The notes: generated by a model from the letters alone, not told the origin. DNA of 64,000 nucleotides from the human T2T-CHM13v2.0 reference genome, Homo sapiens (GCF_009914755.1 NC_060927.1), one strand, 5' to 3'; positions 14,423 to 27,846 are shown, counted from the first letter of the stretch. Numbers and translations: made by a program.

Positions 14423-16267
14423 TTATTTGTTACAGAAGGGTTTAAAAAATTATTTGGTATTTTCTACATAGACAATCACATTGTCTACAGACAATTTGGT
14501 TTCTTTCTTCCCCAACTGTATGCCTTTTATTTTAGCTTTTTATTCTGTTACACTAGGTACTTCAAGTATGGTGTAAATATGAGCAGGGAGAAAGCACCCG
14601 TTTTTCCCCACTAAGGGTGATGTCAGCTGGTAGTTTGTTTGTTTTGTAGATGTTCTTTATCTAATTGAGGAAGTACCCCCAGTTCTATTTTGCTGAAGAT
14701 TTTTATCAGCAATTGATATAATCATATAATTTTTCTTCTTTCATCCATAGATGTGGTGGATTACACTGATTGAATTTAGAATGTTGAACCACCCTTGCAT
14801 ACCTTGAATAAATCCTACTTCACCGTGTGTAATTTATACATGGTTGAATTTTATTAGCTAATTTTTTGGTGAATATTTTTTGCTAATATTTTGTTGAAGA
14901 CCCTGGAGGATACTGGTCTGTATTTTACTTTGTTGTAATGCCTTTATCTTTTTTTTTTGGCATTAAAGTAATATTGGCCTCATAGAATGAGTAACAGAGT
15001 ATTCCCTGACACTTCAGTTTTCTGAAAAAGATTATGGGGAATTGTTATTATTTCTTCCTCATACGGTTGATAGATTTCATTGGTGAAACCATCTGGCCTT
15101 CGTTCTTTCTTTTTGGAAGGTTATTAATTATTAATTTAATTACTACAATAAACATAGGCCTATTCAGATTATCTGTTACTGCTCATGTATGTTTTAATCG
15201 TTTGTGTCTTTCGAGGAATTGGTTCATTTATGTAAATAATAAAATCTGTGTGTATAGAGTTTGCTCACAAATGCCACAAGGATAATTCCTTTATTATACT
15301 TTTAATGTTCATGGAGTAGTGATGGCCTTTTATTTCTGATAGTAATAATTTGTGTCTTCTTTGTTTTTCTCTTGGTTAGTCTAGCCAGGGGTTGTCAATT
15401 TGATAGATATTTCCAAAGAACCAGCTTTTACTTTTGTTGATTTTCCCTTTGTTTTCCTGTTTTCAATTTCATTGATTTCTGCCCTAATTTTTGTTATGGT
15501 ATTTTTTCCTGCTTTATTTAAGCTTAAGTTTTTCTTTTTTCTCTAGTTTTCTAAAATGGAAGCTTAGATTATTCATTTTTGATTTTTCTACTTTTCCAAT
15601 ATAAGCATTTAATGCCATAACTTCCCTCTAAGCTTTTAATGCATCTCACAAATTTTGATAAGTTATATTTTCATTTTAGTTCAAAATGGTTTTAAATTTC
15701 ATGTAAGACTTCTTTTTTGACCATGTGTTATTTAGAAGTGTGTTGCTTAGTTTTCAAATATTTGGGAAATTTCCAGCTATTGTTCTCTTATTAATTTCTA
15801 GTCTAATTTTATTGCAGTCTGAGAACATACTTTGCATGATTTGTATCCTCTTAAACTTATCAAGGTATGGTTTTATATCCCAGAATGTGGTCTCTCTTGG
15901 TGAATGTTCCATGTAAGCTTGAGAAAAATGTGTATTCTGCTGTTGTTGGGTGAAGTATTCTATAAGCATAAATTAGATTGAAGTGATTGATAGTGCTAGT
16001 CAGGTCAACTATATCTTATAAATTATCTGTCTGCTTGGTCTATCAATTACTGAAAGAGGGGGTTTAAATCTCCAGCTATAATAGTGGATTCATCTATTTC
16101 TTTTTGGAGTTCTATCAGTTTTTACCTCGTGTATTTGACATTCCCTTGTCAGGTGCGTACACATTTAGGATTGTTATGTCTTCTTAGAGAATTGAGCTCT
16201 TTGTCATCATGAAATGCCCCTATTTATCTCTGATAGTTTTCTTTTTCTGAAGTCTGCTTTATATTTT

Positions 16268-16690
16268 TTATATGGGAGCTGATCCCAAGAACTGAGAGTG
16301 AGGGAATAAGAAGGATAGAACAGGGAAGGAACAAAAGCCAATACTGAGACTGCCGCTCTGGGAAATGGTGGCTTGATTCTGCTGGACATCTGAGAAGTGT
16401 GTGGAATGCTTTCCAGAATTGTCTACCCCAAAGATGGGAGGCTGGGGTATTCATCCACCCCAACCCCTTTGAGATGAGGGTTGCCCCTGGGAATTAACTT
16501 CCTCACCCTCAGGAGCTGGGCTTGCTCTGGGTCCAGTAGCTTCTAGAAGTCCCAGAAAAGGTACTGAGGCAGAATGTAAGGTGTAGGGTATGCACTTGTG
16601 GGAGTGCCAACTGTCAGCATGAGGTGGGTGGGACTGTGACTGCAACAGGAAGCAAGCCTAGCTGATGGAACACAGGAGACAAAAAGTAAT
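16268..16690 (-). mobile_element. LTR16-like ERVL LTR fragment
   Basis: GGGAGCTGATCCCAAGAA...CAGGGAAGGAACAAAAGCCAATA resembles the LTR16 family. Confidence 0.6.
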
Positions 16691-16949
16691 CTGCTATGAT
16701 GGGTTCCTATTACAATCCTTAGTGTGGAAAATTGTTCTAAAATACATCCATTTACTTTCCTACCTGAAGAGTACACTTGAATGTGAATGGCACCCAGGTG
16801 CCAAAGGGTGATATTTATGCCTCTTCACCATGCTGACAGTCATTCCAAATAAGCAAACTAAGAGAATACAGTGTGTTTACTATGATCTGTGGCTTCAAAG
16901 CAATTCCTTTGGCTGTTCATTTCCACTCAGATGGCTGCTCATAAATTAA

Positions 16950-17303
16950 AATTCTGAAGGCTTGATAACCTGCAGGGCTGCTGGTGCAAGTCTTGAAGGC
17001 CAAAGGGCAGAGGACCTTGAGTCTTGATGTCCAAGGGCTAGCAAAAAAGTGTGTTCCATCTCCGAAAAAGAAAGAAAATAAATCTTCCTTTCTTCAGCCT
17101 TTTTGTTCTATCCAGGCCCTCAGTTGATTGGCTGGTGCCTGCCCCCACTCAGCCCACTGTTTCAAATGCTAATCTTGTGAACATGTACTGGAAACACCCT
17201 CGCAGACATATGCAGAAATAATGTTTACCAGTTATCTGGGTATCCGGTCAAGCTGACATCTAAAAGTAATCCAGTCAAGTTGATACCTAAAATTAACCAT
17301 CAA
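16950..17303 (-). mobile_element. MLT2B/C-like LTR fragment
   Basis: TGATGTCCAAGGGC...AATCCAGTCAAGTTGATACCTAAAATTAACCATCA. Confidence 0.8.
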
Positions 17304-17339
17304 AGGCATCTAGACTGGTTGGTGAAAGAGAAATTTATT

Positions 17340-17995
17340 GAATATCAATCACAGCCTCAGGACCAGCTGTAAGTAATATGGTAACCTGGTTCATTAACGC
17401 CTTTGCATGAAGTCTTTGCAGAGATTGTGGTGGCTACCACGCTGAAGGAGACTGTGTATTGTTTGAACTTAGAAGGCAAAAGCATAGCTGAGCTGTTCAA
17501 GAGGTGGACTGTATCAAATACATCTCATGCACCATCTCAAAGCTTCTGATGTTCCTTTATCCTCACCTCTCATTTCAGCCAGTCCAAGACAACTGGTTCC
17601 ACTCATGCTTCATCCAGTTTCCTGCAGGAGAAATGTGACTGTGTTGCACCTCTGGCTTCCATGGCATCCCTCTTTCTTTCTGCTTTAGATTTTTCTCATG
17701 TCATGGTATGAGATGCCCTTGGGAACCCATTTGGCACTCACATGGCATAGTCAAATCAACAATTGATCCATGAGAAATGGAAGCCAACAGATAAACGGTT
17801 CCCCCTTCATTCCTCTAGGGTAGATCAAACTTTTCTGACAGTCCCATGGGGTTAAGTATCCAGTCTCCCCCAGTAGTGACAACTTGACAATGCATCCTTG
17901 TATTTTGTCTTACTCATTCTCTGTGTTTATCTATCCAACACCCTCACAATAAGCTACTTGCACCTCAGTCTACTCTTGTGGAAATCCAAAACTAA
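17340..17995 (+). mobile_element. ERVL internal 3' end plus LTR16-like LTR
   Basis: Polypurine-tract-like AAGAGGTGGAC|TGTA junction at ~17510; AATAAGCTACTTGCACCTCAG near the LTR 3' end. Confidence 0.55.
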
Positions 17996-18550
17996 TGAAA
18001 ATTAAAGCAGTTTGAGAGAACTATTATGGACAATTGACATTTTCTCAATTTTAGGTAAATTAAGAACAAAAAGCATCTTTAGAAATCTTTGACATTTTGT
18101 TTTAACTGTCAAATATAATGTTATTAAAAACATCAAGGCTTCTATGCAAATAAAATATCAAGATAAAGCCTTGATGTTTTAATACAAGATAAAGCCTTGT
18201 AGGATTATAATCCCTACAGAGGATCATAGAGATGCCACTGAATCAGAGATTCTGACATCTTGGGGAACAAGCACAGAATATGAGAAGGGGGCTAGAGAAA
18301 GGATCTAGCCAGAAGTAGATTTACTGCAATTGGATGGTGGAGAAGTTTCCATTTTTAAAAGCACATAATAATTTTCCTTCTCTTTCTATTTGTCTCATGT
18401 TCTGACCATTGATGTTTCATTTAGGTACTGAAGAGAGGGACCCTTGTGTTTCCGCTAACATCTTTTCATCGTGGTCTGAACTTCATTAAAGATTCGTTAA
18501 AGATACTTTGCTAAAGATACTTCATTAAAATGTGCCACTTTTTGAGAATA

Positions 18551-19058
18551 TGTATGTTTCAGTTATCCATTTGTGTGTAATGAACCATCCTAAATACAGT
18601 GGCTTAATACAACATTTTTTGGCTCATGGTTCTGCAGTTAAGACAGGATGCTGTGGGAACATCTTGTCTCTGCTCCACCCAGTATTAGCTCAAGTAGCTG
18701 AAAGGCTGGAACCTGGAATCATCAGAAGGCTTTTGGGTCTAGAGTTTAATGCTGGCTATCAGCTGCAGCTGTAGTAAGAACTGTTGGCCAGAGCACCTTC
18801 ATGTGGCCTCTTTACATGGCAGGGGCTTTCTTAGAACATGGTGGCTGAGTTCCAAAGGTGAGCATTTTAAAAAAGAGACAGTCAAGCAGAAGCCCTATTG
18901 CCTCTTCTGACATAGCCTCAGAAGTCCCATAACATCACTGTCATCTCATTCTGTTCATTAGAAGCAAGTTCACCAAGTTTGGCCCATACTCAAGAGAAGG
19001 AGAATTAGACTCCACATTTTCCCTGGAGGTATGTCAAGGAATTTATGGCACCACCACA
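18551..19058 (-). mobile_element. MLT1G/H MaLR LTR
   Basis: CAGTTATCCATTTG...CAGTGGCTTAATACAAC...GCCTCAGAAGTC...CCACCACA. Confidence 0.85.
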
Positions 19059-19157
19059 GTGTCTGGGCGTTTAACAGTTGCCTTGCTCCTTAACCAGCTA
19101 TGGCACTATTTATCATGTGAATCACTTGTTCCATGATGCTTAAGCTTATTTCCTAGA

Positions 19158-19358
19158 GCAACACTGCCCAACAGAATTTTCTATGATGATGGAAATGTTC
19201 TATATCTGCTCTGACCAATACACAAGTGGCTGCTGAGCACTTGCAATATGGCTAATGAGACTGAAGAACAGAATACAAATTTTATTTAATTCCAGTTAAT
19301 TCAAGTTTAAATAGATAGGCACATGTGCATAGTGGCTACTATACTGGGAAGCTCAATT
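19158..19358. mobile_element. MER3 (hAT-Charlie)
   Basis: TTCTATGATGATGGAAATGTTCTATATCTG...GAGCACTTGCAATATGGCTA. Confidence 0.85.
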
Positions 19359-20009
19359 GTAGAACAACAAGGAAAGAGATAGAGTTAAATTCCAGAAGTG
19401 ATGAAAGCATTGGGCCAGCTTTCTAGTACAATGCTACAACATTCCAATTACAAGCAAAATGCTTCCAGGCCTGACTGCGTTCAAAGGTCCAAATCAAGAT
19501 GATTTGGCATAGGATGTCCTAGAGAGAAGAAATTTCTTAATGTGTAAGTGTGGAAATGCAGAATAATTGCTGATGAGAAGTGTCAGGACAACTTCTCCGG
19601 TGGGCAAGATGCTGGAATCGTTTAGACATGCAGATCCTTGCTCAACAACCCATCTCTTCACACAGAGACTCTAGCCAACTGCTTTTGGCCTGAAGTATGA
19701 GGAATCTGCAAGGCTGGAGCTCAGAAGATGATGACTTCTGAAACTCCTGTGTGTGCCTGTCTTCCATGCCTGCTTCCCCAAGCCTCCTTATTTTCCTTAC
19801 CTTTATGCTTCTTGTTCTTTAGTTTTGAAACTTGTGATTTTGAAGTGGGTAGTCACAATGTTGAAAATGCCTTGAGTATCCCATTAAAATAATGAGCAAT
19901 CATTATCTAAAAAAATTCTTGATCACCTATTAAGTGTAAGGCTCCATGATAGACAGGACAATAGTCTTCACTCTTGGAATGCTGTCATCTAATTGTGATT
20001 TAATAGAAC

Positions 20010-20260
20010 AGTTAACATGTATGGAGATGTTAGTGTGTGCCAAATACCATGCTATTATTTTGATGAATATGATCTTATTTGGTCCTTTTAAAACCCTATG
20101 ACACAGATACTTTTTAAATTCAAACTTTACAGATGGGGAAACTGAGCCTCGATGAGGTAAAATAGCTTGCCCAAAGGAAAGCATCTATGATACAGTTGAG
20201 TAGAAATTTGAAGCTAAATTGGGTGAGCTCCCAAGTCTATACTCATAACCACTCATCTCC
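20010..20260 (-). mobile_element. MIR
   Basis: TTTACAGATGGGGAAACTGAG...CTTGCCCAAAG. Confidence 0.75.
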
Positions 20261-21018
20261 AAAGTCCATACTCATAACCACTCATAACCATGTCTAAATG
20301 ATTCCAGCAACCACTCTCCTGTGCTTACATCCCATTACATTGAATAGCATTTCCCACTTCCTTGGGGACTCATGTTTGACAAAGCCAATTTATACATAGT
20401 TGGGAAGACCTAACAGAGTTTATGAAGGACACTGAGACATTGGTATTTGGGGCATGCCCAAGAGTGAAGATGGCAAAATTTGCTTGTCTGCTCCAAAGAC
20501 ATTATAATAGGTTTGAGGAAACAGTTATCAGGAGAGGCCGTGAGAAATTTTTCTTTTTAGCATTACCTATTGGAGGAAAGTATCTTAAGGAAAACAACAA
20601 GGTAACTGGGAAGGACTAGTGGTAAATGAGAGGCTCTTTTGAGAGTCATAGCCCGTGTGAAATGTTGAATCCTGCCAACTTACTCTACCTGGGAAGGAAT
20701 GTTACATCAGGTGTACATGTTTCAACTTACTTAGCTCATCGGAAAGCCTCGAGGAACTGCATTCAAATGCCAGCATCAGCCTCCATAAGACTGTGAACAG
20801 ATCCATATCACTACGAAATCCAATTTGAAGGAAGCTGATTAGCTATAGGGGGGAAAAATATCTCCACTGAGGACACACAGAAAGATAAAGAATTTAATAG
20901 GATAATGATTTATCTAAAACTCAGTATAGGAGAGAGACTAATTACCCCAGCCCTGGATTCAGAGATCTGGATTCAAATTCCAGCTCTGTTATTAACTAGC
21001 TCAGTAACTGTGGAAAAT

Positions 21019-21311
21019 ATAGTTCACCCTTCATATCTGCAGGTTCTGTATGTGTGGATTCCATCACTAGATCAAAAAATAAAAATATGTTTTTAAAAAC
21101 CCACAATTAAAAATTACAAATAAAAATACATTATAACAACTGTTTGCATAGCATTTACATTGTATTGTTATAATCTAGAGATGATTTAAAGTATACAGGA
21201 GGATGTGCACATACTATACCATTTTATATCAGGAATTTAAGCATCCACAGATTTAGGTATTGGTAGGAGGCCTGGTACCAATCTCCCCACAGATACCAAG
21301 GAATAACTGTA
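21019..21311. mobile_element. MER2B-like (TcMar-Tigger) inside a MIR
   Basis: CATAGCATTTACATTGTATT...TAATCTAGAGATGATTTAAAGTATACAGGAGGATGTG...GATACCAAGGAATAACTGTA. Confidence 0.85.
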
Positions 21312-21602
21312 CTTAATTTCTATCTTCCTCATTAGAAAAGTAGATGCAATTATAAGAACTGTCTCACAGGCCAGTTGTGTGGATTAAATAATTAATGTAA
21401 AATGCAGTGCCTGGCACATGGTAAGTGCTCAATAAATGGTAGCTTATCTTATTTTTAAAAGGTCAGTAGAGAACAGCATGGACTCTGGAACTCCATTACC
21501 TGGGGTTTGAGTCCCAGTTCTCTAACAGTTAATAGCAATCTGACCCTGGGCAGGTTTTATTTTTACCTCTCTATGCCTCAGTTACAAAATGAAAATAATC
21601 CC

Positions 21603-22326
21603 TCACACCTTATACCTGTTAGGATGGCTACTACCAAAACAACAGAAAGTGATAAGTGTTGGCAAGGATTTGGAGAAACTGGAATCATTGTGCACTCTTG
21701 GTCGGAATGTAAAATAGTGCACCTTTTGTAGAAAACAGTTGTTAGTTCATAAAAATGTTACACAAAGGATAACCATCTGATCCAATTCTACTTCTGACTA
21801 TCTACTCAGTTAAAATCAGGGACTAAAGATATTTTTATACCTATGTTCATGGCAGCTTTATTCACAATAGCCAACAGGTGAAAGCAACTCAAATGTCCAT
21901 TGATGGGCAAATGGATAAGTCAAATGTGGTATATATGTACAATGGAATATTATTCTGCCTTAAAAACAAAAAAAATCACATATGCCACAACTAGAATGAA
22001 CTTTGAATATATTACGCTAAGTGAAATAAGTCAGTCAAAAGAGAATACACATTGTGTGATTCCTTTATGTAAGTACTTAGAGTAGTCACATTCATAGAGA
22101 CAGAAAGTAGAATGGTGGTGGTCAGGGGATGAGAAGAGTGGGGAATGAGGGGTTATTTTTTAATGGGTACATAGCTTTAGTTTTGCAAGGTGACAAACTT
22201 CTGGAGATGGATGGTAACAATGGTCACACAACTACGTAGATGTACTTAATGCCAGTGAATTGTACTCTTAAACATGGGCAAGACAGTAAATTTCAAGTTG
22301 TCTTTATTTTACCATAGTGAAAAAAG
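21603..22326 (+). mobile_element. L1MB 3' end inserted in a MIR
   Basis: CACAATAGCCAACAGGTG...ACAATGGAATATTATTCTGCC...TTCATAGAGACAGAAAGTAGAATGGTGG. Confidence 0.88.
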
Positions 22327-22383
22327 AGTTAATTTGTATCAAGTGTTTAGAGTGTTGCCTGGCTCTTAGTATAAGGCTTTGCT

Positions 22384-22424
22384 ATGATGATGATGATGAT
22401 GATGATAATGATGATGATGATGAT
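22384..22424. repeat. (ATG)n microsatellite
   Basis: About 13 ATG units with one ATA interruption. Confidence 0.95.
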
Positions 22425-24467
22425 TGTCCTTATCATTATTTATTAACAACTTTACTTGTGCACTAGCCCTTTGTAAGTCTGTATAAATTAATGCTCCTCA
22501 CTTTCTGTCTCCATATCGCAAGGATGATAATAAGCCAAGAGTTAAACAGAAGATTCATACTTGGCATAACCTACCTACCTGCCAAATTCTTCACAATGCT
22601 GACGTTTTAATGTCTGAGAGAAATGAATATTAATGATTTCCAATTTCTTTCTTTGACCTTCATGACTAACCTTATAGCATCCAAATAAAGTAGAGATGCA
22701 GGAAGATTAAACTGATTTCATTTTTTAAATAGCAATTCAAAAAATAAAGTGTCTTACTATTGGTAGAATCTAGAAGGGACTTAGAAAAATAAATAAAGTA
22801 TGTCATCCCATCATTAGTGGAAAGGTTAAGGAAAAACTCTGCAAACCACTAGGCTGTAAGAAATTGCTCACATGCTAAAAGTAATAATGGTAATTTTCAA
22901 ATAAGATGCCAAAATAGTTGAACTGTCAACTTCTGGGAAATTGTATGTTACCACTGACAGTAATTCCTAATGCTGAGGAGAAAAAGAAAATGAAGTGACA
23001 GGCTTGTTTGACTTTGCTAATTTCAAAGGTTGAGGCTTATCTCTTGGGTGTGTCTGAGAACCAGGGTCACTGTGACCCCAGCTACTGATTAAGGCAGTAG
23101 ACTCCAGAATTTAACTCAAACACTTATAATTTGTGTTGACAGTAGTGTTTGCATTTCCTTTATTCTTATATCTCCACAACAGCATCTGGCACATATGTAG
23201 TAGGTGCTCAGTGCAAGTATGAAAAATGAATAAATGTGGAAATAGTGACCCAAATGAATGTATGCATTACACACTAATACTTTCTAGTGTTTTAGATTTA
23301 TAAAGAATTTCCATGCAATTTCACTCGATTCTCATAATATCCTTGCTGATGCCTGAATTTCTTTAGCTCAGAAAGCCTGCCCAGGACTTGCAACTTCAAA
23401 TCATGAATGCTGTCTCTCCTGCTACTATCCTTGGACTTGGCACTGTGGGAGAGGCATTCGACCTGCAATCATATTATTTCCTATTTCTCATATTTATTCT
23501 CAATCTCCTCCACTAGTCCGTAAGCCAAGTGAAGGCAGAGCTCCTGTCTGACTTATTCTTTGACTACCAAATCCCTGGAGCTAAAAAAATTTGTTTTCTA
23601 AATGAATGAATTGGAGCCTTCCCACATTAGAAAATACAGGGTCATGCTTTAACGTGGCAGTCATGTTCTTCACTGTAATCATGTTGGAATTGGTTTGAAC
23701 TCTGTTTACCTATTTGTTTTCCTAAGGAGCAAATTACTCTTCATATTATTTGTGCCTCATGGGCTCATTCAGCTCTGAATCCACGTTCATGACTCAGGAC
23801 ACTGGGGACTTTATTCTTTGACTGACTGAAAAACATACATGTGGGTACAAGAGCTCTGTTTTGCCTGTATATGCAGAGGTGCCAATTCTTACTTTACATC
23901 CTGCAAGACTCCTTTCATATAAATGGCAGCTAAGTCATTCATTCACACATCCATGTTCAAATAGTGTTTGAGCATCCACTATGTCAGGCAAGGTACCTGG
24001 GGGGCTGATCAGGGGATAAAGCAGATATGGTTCCTGCCCTAGAAGGATTTGAAATCTAGATGGGGAGATGGCGACAAACAGGTAAATGTGCAAGTGATCA
24101 CACACAGGCTGGCTGTGAGGTGACCTTTTGACGTAGAGTTTTGTTTGCTTGTGTTTTACTTTGTATGGCACCTTGTGTAAGAAGGTGATACCCACAGGAA
24201 GCCTCAAGTTAAAAGAATTTGGTTAAACAAAACAGCTATTACCCCTAAGAAGTTTCAACCACAGGGCATTTTACTGCTTTGCTAATTGGTTTTGTTTTCC
24301 TGATTAGACTCCTACTAGATACTTGGTATCTAAACATAGGCAACTGAGGTGGGAGCAGAAGATGAGGTCTCAAAAGTCATCTGAGCTCTGAGTAGAATAC
24401 ATAATTAACAATATCGTTAAACCCATGTGTTGTAACATGGTTGATTTTATTCAACTTTTTAAGTGTT

Positions 24468-24695
24468 TTATTTTGTAATAATTCTAGATTTACTGAAAAG
24501 TTGCAAAGATAGTACAGAGAGCTCCTGTATACTCTTTACCCAGTTTCCCCTAATGTGAACAGCTTACACTACTGAGGCACATTTGTGAAAACTAGGAAAT
24601 TAACATTAGTGCCTTTCTATCCATTAAACTCCAGACTGTAATCAGTTGTCTCACTAATGACTTTTTTCTGTTCCAGAAGTAAATATTGCATGTAG
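24468..24695 (-). mobile_element. L1MC-like 3' end fragment
   Basis: AGATTTACTGAAAAGTTGCAAAGATAGTACAGAGAG...CCCAGTTTCCCCTAATG. Confidence 0.7.
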
Positions 24696-24774
24696 TGTTA
24701 TTCATTTTGGGGATAAAGAATTATAAATTAGAAAGAAGTGCTTAAAAAAACCTCCATCAGTACATATGATTACT

Positions 24775-25078
<304 letters not shown>

Positions 25079-25449
25079 ACGATCACCTTTTGAAATTACT
25101 TTGTTTCCGTATAAACATGTGTGAAAGATAACTAAAGTATACCAACTAGTTTAAAATTTGCTTACCAAGATATGCATTTGAAACACAAGAAATGCCCTAT
25201 GGCAACTATTTTTGAGTGATAAATATTTATTTAAGAAATGAAAATTCATCTAACTGCTGCATGAGCTTTTCTTTTCTGTAAATTTTCAAACATTATTCTC
25301 AACTGGATTGCTTGCAAAAACATTTCGTACTTAATAGTCTGAGATTTTTCTCTAATTTTAGCCAATAATTCATTTTGATGGGCAAATCACAGCTCTCTAA
25401 AAGAGAAATGTTGATAGGCCTGAGGTTTCTGAATGGTGTTTCTGAGTTA

Positions 25450-26128
25450 TACAGTTATCCCTTGTTATCGGTGGGTACTGGTTCCAAGACTGCCCCCCAT
25501 TGATACCAAAATCCATGGATGGTCAAGTCCCTGATATAAAATGGCATAGTATTTACATATAACCTACTCACATCCTCCAATATACTTTAAATTGTCCCTA
25601 GATTGCTTATAACAGGGGTCTTGAATCCCTGGGCTGCAGACCTATACTGGTCCGTGGCCTGTAAAGAGGTGAGTAGTGGACAAGTGAGAGCATTACCACT
25701 TGAGCTCTGCCTCTTGTCAGATCAGTGGCATTAGATTCTCATAGGAGTGGGAACTCTATTGTGAACTGCACACGTGAGGCATCTACGTTGTAAGCTTCTT
25801 AAGAGAATCTAACTAATGCCTGACGATCTGAGGTTAAACAATTTCATCCCCAAACCATCTACCCCTCTCCCTGCTGTCCCGTAGAAAAATTGTCTCCCAC
25901 AAAACCAGTCCCTGGTGCCAAAATGGTTGGGGGCCACTGGCTTATAATACCTAATACAATGTAAATGCTATGTAAATAGTTATTATACTGTATTGTTTAG
26001 GGACTAATAACAGGAAAAAAGTCTATACCTGTTCAGTACACACACACCGTCCTTTTTTTCTGAATATTTTTGATTTGTAGATGGTTGAATCCATGGATAT
26101 GGAACCCACAGACATGGAGGGCTGACTT
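25450..26128. mobile_element. MER2 (TcMar-Tigger), split by MER1B
   Basis: TACAGTTATCCCTTG start; TTGAATCCATGGATATGGAACCCACAGACATGGAGGGCTGACT end. Confidence 0.9.
25613..25939 (+). mobile_element. MER1B (hAT-Charlie)
   Basis: CAGGGGTC...GGTTGGGGGCCACTG termini; perfect 8-bp TSD GCTTATAA. Confidence 0.93.
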
Positions 26129-26230
26129 TTTCAACTGTGCTAATCCTTTGGCTAGGCCACATCCCTGTACCTCAGCTACTTTATAATCTGAAAGCTGTGC
26201 CTGCATGGAAAGGTGAGCTCCTCTAATCTT

Positions 26231-26234
<4 letters not shown>

Positions 26235-26285
<51 letters not shown>
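26235..26285. repeat. (AC)25 microsatellite
   Basis: Uninterrupted AC run. Confidence 0.98.
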
Positions 26286-26288
<3 letters not shown>

Positions 26289-26504
26289 TGGCAATTGCTT
26301 TCAAACCAGACAGCAATTGGTTTCCATTTGGTGCTTGACCCTGAGGTTAGTAATGAAATTAACATGGAACATTTTGAACTATGACAAGAGATGCATTTGG
26401 AATTTGTAAAGGCATTGGACATTATATGTTAATGTTTTCATTTTAGCCATAGAGGAGCCTGGCTATACTTAATGTTTCTCAAAGTATGTTTCTCAAGAAT
26501 AAAG

Positions 26505-26760
26505 AACAGGGTTGCATGTTGAGAATATGAATGTTGGAGTTAAGCAAAGTCTCAATTCTGACCTCTCCTACTTACTAATGGTGTGGCTATGAATCAAATT
26601 ACTTAACCTTTCCAAACCTCAGTTTACCACTTTATAAAATGAGAATAATAATCACCTCTTAAAGGTTGGTAGAATTATATAGTATTTAAGCATGTAACAC
26701 AGTGTCTGCAAGGTAGTAAGAACTTTATAAATGTTAACTGCCATTATTACTATCATTATT
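26505..26760 (+). mobile_element. MIR
   Basis: AATTACTTAACCTTTCCAAACCTCAGTTT...TAAAATGAGAATAATAAT. Confidence 0.75.
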
Positions 26761-26947
26761 AGCCTGTGGAGTATTAATAGGTCTTCCCAGGAAAAAAAAT
26801 TTGGAAACAGTGGATTTCAAGAAGTTAGAAAAGGTTCTTCAGTGCAATATTTCTCATTGTAGTTTTCACTTAAAAGCTCTAACAGGAGGGTGTGTGGGGT
26901 TTCCAAAATTTATTTGATCAAGAGGCTCATTTTTCATAAACTACCCT

Positions 26948-27433
26948 TATTAGTTCTCTATTGCTCCTATAACAAATTACCTCAAACTTAGGGGCTCAAA
27001 ACCACAAATGTGTTCTTTTATAGTTCTGGAGGCTAGAGGTCTGTAATGAGTCTTACCAGGCTACAATCAAGGTGTTGGCAGCACTGTGTTTCTTCAGAAG
27101 GTTCTAGGGGACAATCTTTTATTTCCTTGCCTTTTCCTACATTCATTATCTTGAAAGGCAGCAGGCAGTATCCCAAATCTCTCTCCCTCTCCTCTCTTTC
27201 TTTGTCACATCTCCTTCACTGACTATGACCCTCCAGCCTCTCTTTTATAAGGACCCTTGTAATTAGATTAGCTGCCTCCCCTCGTAATGTAAATAATCTC
27301 CCAATATCCCTAACCATAACTTAATGATATCAGCAAGGTCCATTTTTTGCCATGTAAGGTGACATAGTTATAGATTTTGAGGATTAGGACACGAAACATC
27401 TTTGGGCGGGGGGCAGTATTTTAGTCTACCACC
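26948..27433 (-). mobile_element. MLT1C/D MaLR LTR
   Basis: TAACAAATTACCTCAAACTTAG...TTATAAGGACCCTTGTAATT...TTTGCCATGTAAGGTGACATA. Confidence 0.85.
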
Positions 27434-27846
27434 CCACCTAAGAGGTCTAGATTTTTGAGGAATCAACAAAAATCCTTGCCTGCATTTCTCAACATTTTTT
27501 GTAGATTGGAGTGAAGCAGAGAGGGGAAATAAGAATATAATTGAGTAATATCACTTATGTTAATAATAAATATGGCTTGTATATCAGTCACAGTACTAAC
27601 AGGAAATAGATGACACACTCAAAGGACTTAATAAAGTGACTTTTTTCAAGGGTGTTTTCCAAAAACAAAACAAGGCAAAAACAAACAAACAAACAAACAA
27701 CCAAAAAGTTGTTTTCTAGGGGTAGGGGAACCACAAGGAATAGTCCCAGTGTTGCAATCTTGTTTCCATTCTATCTCCTGCCAGGGTTAAACATAGGTCA
27801 GACCCAACCCTAAAGCCAGAAGACAGGAGAGTCTGTGGATACTGAC

